Assembly (NCBI RefSeq): GCF_000008385.1
Contig: NC_006833.1
Span: forward strand, 570,001-602,000
Length of the DNA: 32,000 nt
From: Wolbachia endosymbiont strain TRS of Brugia malayi
GTDB lineage: Bacteria > Pseudomonadota > Alphaproteobacteria > Rickettsiales > Anaplasmataceae
Reading direction: 5' to 3'
Each line of letters opens with the position of its first letter. Within the stretch, counting starts at the first letter, position 1. This document shows, piece by piece, positions 30,381 through 32,000 of this stretch. The notes beneath the pieces are model-generated. The model was given only the letters and a program-made list of their open reading frames with translations, was not told where the DNA came from and did not search any database. The position numbers and the translations under genes are program-made.

Positions 30381-32000
30381 ATGAGATTTACATTATCTTG
30401 GTTACTAGAGCACTTAGAAACGAATGCTAGTTTAGAAGAAATCACTGATAAGTTAACTCATATAGGGTTAGAAGTAAAAGATGTGGTTGACAATACCAAA
30501 TTAGCTGGATTCATTGTTGCAAAAGTGTTGGAAGTCACACCTCATCCAAATGTTGATAAGTTAAAGCTGTGTAAAGTAGATAATGGAAGTAAAATCTTAC
30601 AAATAGTCTGTGGGGCAAATAACGTTAGAGAAGGCTTGAAGACTGTACTTGCATCTCTTGGCAGCACATTGCCAGAAAGTAATTTCACAATTAAGCCCAC
30701 AAAAATACGAGGGGTGCTAAGTGAAGGAATACTCTGTTCCGCTTCTGAGCTTATGCTGGCTCAAGAGAAAAGTAAAGGAATAATTGAACTCTCTGATGAT
30801 TATAAAGTGGGGAATAAATTTTTCAATTGTGATCCTGTAATCGATATAAATGTCACCACAAATCGTGGAGATTGCCTGAGTGTACATGGAATAGCTCGAG
30901 ACTTGGCAGCAACTGGAATTGGAACATTAAATTCCTTAATTTATTCTAGCGCCATTCCAGCTCATGATACTGGAATCCAAGATAGATCCAAGTCTGGAAT
31001 GACAAGGAGCTCTTCTATAAATGTTAAGGTCATCGATGGTGAGAGCTTTATTAGTGGAGTATACATTTCCAATGTGAGAAATAAGGAGAGCCCAAGATGG
31101 TTAAAAGATAGGCTGGAATCAGTAGGAATGCGTTCCATTTCTGCAATAGTTGATATTACTAACTATATTATGATGTCCTTTGGTCGCCCGATGCATGCGT
31201 ATGATGCGAAAAAAATAGAAGGGAAACTCATAGTACGCAAAGCAAACAATGGAGAAAAATTTACTGGTTTAAATGGTAAAGAGTACTTATTAAATAATGA
31301 TATAAGCGTTATTTCTGATAATAATAATATTCACGCAATTGCTGGAATTATAGGCGGTAAGTGCAGTAAATGTACACTTGAAACTACTGATGTCTTTTTA
31401 GAATCTGCTTGGTTTAATCCTATCTCTGTTACTAAATCTTCAAGGCAACTCAATATTTCCACAGACTCAAGTTACAGATTTGCACGTTCAGTTGATCCTG
31501 GATTTATTCTTGATGGGCTCCATTTTGCAGCTCAGATGATTGTTGATTTGTGTGGTGGAAAAGCCTCAAACGTAGTGTTTGCTGGCAGTTTGGATGAGGC
31601 TGATACCAAGGTGAGTTTTGATTATCAAGATGTAAACAAGTTTGGAAGTGTGTCTGTATTGCCTGACGAGATGTTTGATATCTTAACAAAATTAGGATTT
31701 AGCACTGATAAAAAAACTGAGAATAATTGGAATGTAAAAGTACCAAGCTGGAGATCGGATGTTACCATACCTGCTGACCTAGTTGAAGAGGTAGTAAGAA
31801 TATATGGATATGATAAAATAAAAGAGGAACCACTAATAGACAACGTTGAGGTAGAAATTAATACACACGATAACTTGCGTGTTTTGATGATAAGCAGAGG
31901 ATTTCATGAAGTGTTCACTTGGTCATTTATGAGTGAATCGATAGCTGAAAAATTTGGCTACTCAAATAAGTTATTTATCATCGACAATCCATTTAATAAT
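30381..32000 (+). CDS. pheT: Phenylalanyl-tRNA synthetase beta subunit, truncated by window edge (not in the supplied ORF track)
   Basis: 540 codons open from ATG 30381: '[32 protein letters not shown]', '[14 protein letters not shown]', '[11 protein letters not shown]', '[22 protein letters not shown]', '[21 protein letters not shown]', '[26 protein letters not shown]'. Confidence 0.95.
   Translation, partial: MRFTLSWLLEHLETNASLEEITDKLTHIGLEVKDVVDNTKLAGFIVAKVLEVTPHPNVDKLKLCKVDNGSKILQIVCGANNVREGLKTVLASLGSTLPESNFTIKPTKIRGVLSEGILCSASELMLAQEKSKGIIELSDDYKVGNKFFNCDPVIDINVTTNRGDCLSVHGIARDLAATGIGTLNSLIYSSAIPAHDTGIQDRSKSGMTRSSSINVKVIDGESFISGVYISNVRNKESPRWLKDRLESVGMRSISAIVDITNYIMMSFGRPMHAYDAKKIEGKLIVRKANNGEKFTGLNGKEYLLNNDISVISDNNNIHAIAGIIGGKCSKCTLETTDVFLESAWFNPISVTKSSRQLNISTDSSYRFARSVDPGFILDGLHFAAQMIVDLCGGKASNVVFAGSLDEADTKVSFDYQDVNKFGSVSVLPDEMFDILTKLGFSTDKKTENNWNVKVPSWRSDVTIPADLVEEVVRIYGYDKIKEEPLIDNVEVEINTHDNLRVLMISRGFHEVFTWSFMSESIAEKFGYSNKLFIIDNPFNN
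30951..31011 (+). repeat. Short palindromic-element-like insert in pheT
   Basis: gccattccagctcatgatactggaatccaagatagatccaagtctggaatgacaagg; arms CATTCCAG (30953-30960) / CTGGAATG. The reverse complement reads 'gtcattccag...ttggattccagtatcatg', in the same sequence style as 19650-19679. Confidence 0.6.

Noticed and set aside
1-32000. tRNA/rRNA genes, CRISPR arrays, phage structural genes or intact transposases
   Set aside because: Looked for T-loop GGTTCGANTCC-like motifs, regularly spaced repeats and transposase/phage signatures; none found by eye. A tRNAscan-SE, Infernal and ISfinder run would settle this.

Overview
This 32 kb window looks like an AT-rich, reductively evolving Rickettsiales genome, most likely Wolbachia. 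That assignment is inferred from gene content and protein style; no database search was run. Intact genes: lysC, a TerC-family membrane protein, guaA, two gltX paralogs, pyrC, sdhA, dapD, a DUF2610-type gene with a small partner, a MidA/NDUFAF7-like methyltransferase, a propionyl/acetyl-CoA carboxylase alpha subunit, a COX15/CtaA heme A synthase, an F0 ATP synthase cluster (a, c, b', b) and the 5' part of pheT, which runs off the right edge and is absent from the ORF track. There are two ankyrin-type proteins with C-terminal hydrophobic hairpins: a large one of 1108 aa and a small one of about 245 aa. At least four genes are visibly decayed: folC, an Rpn-family nuclease, a DUF1016/YhcG-like nuclease and a family-2 glycosyltransferase. 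Two shorter remnants are also present. The most interesting non-gene signals are (1) a dispersed ~300 bp intergenic repeat in three copies, one inverted, with internal hairpins; (2) palindromic-element-like sequences inserted in frame in the methyltransferase gene and apparently in pheT; (3) several hairpins. No clear new defence or mobile system is visible. The large modular ankyrin/TM protein is the best functional unknown.
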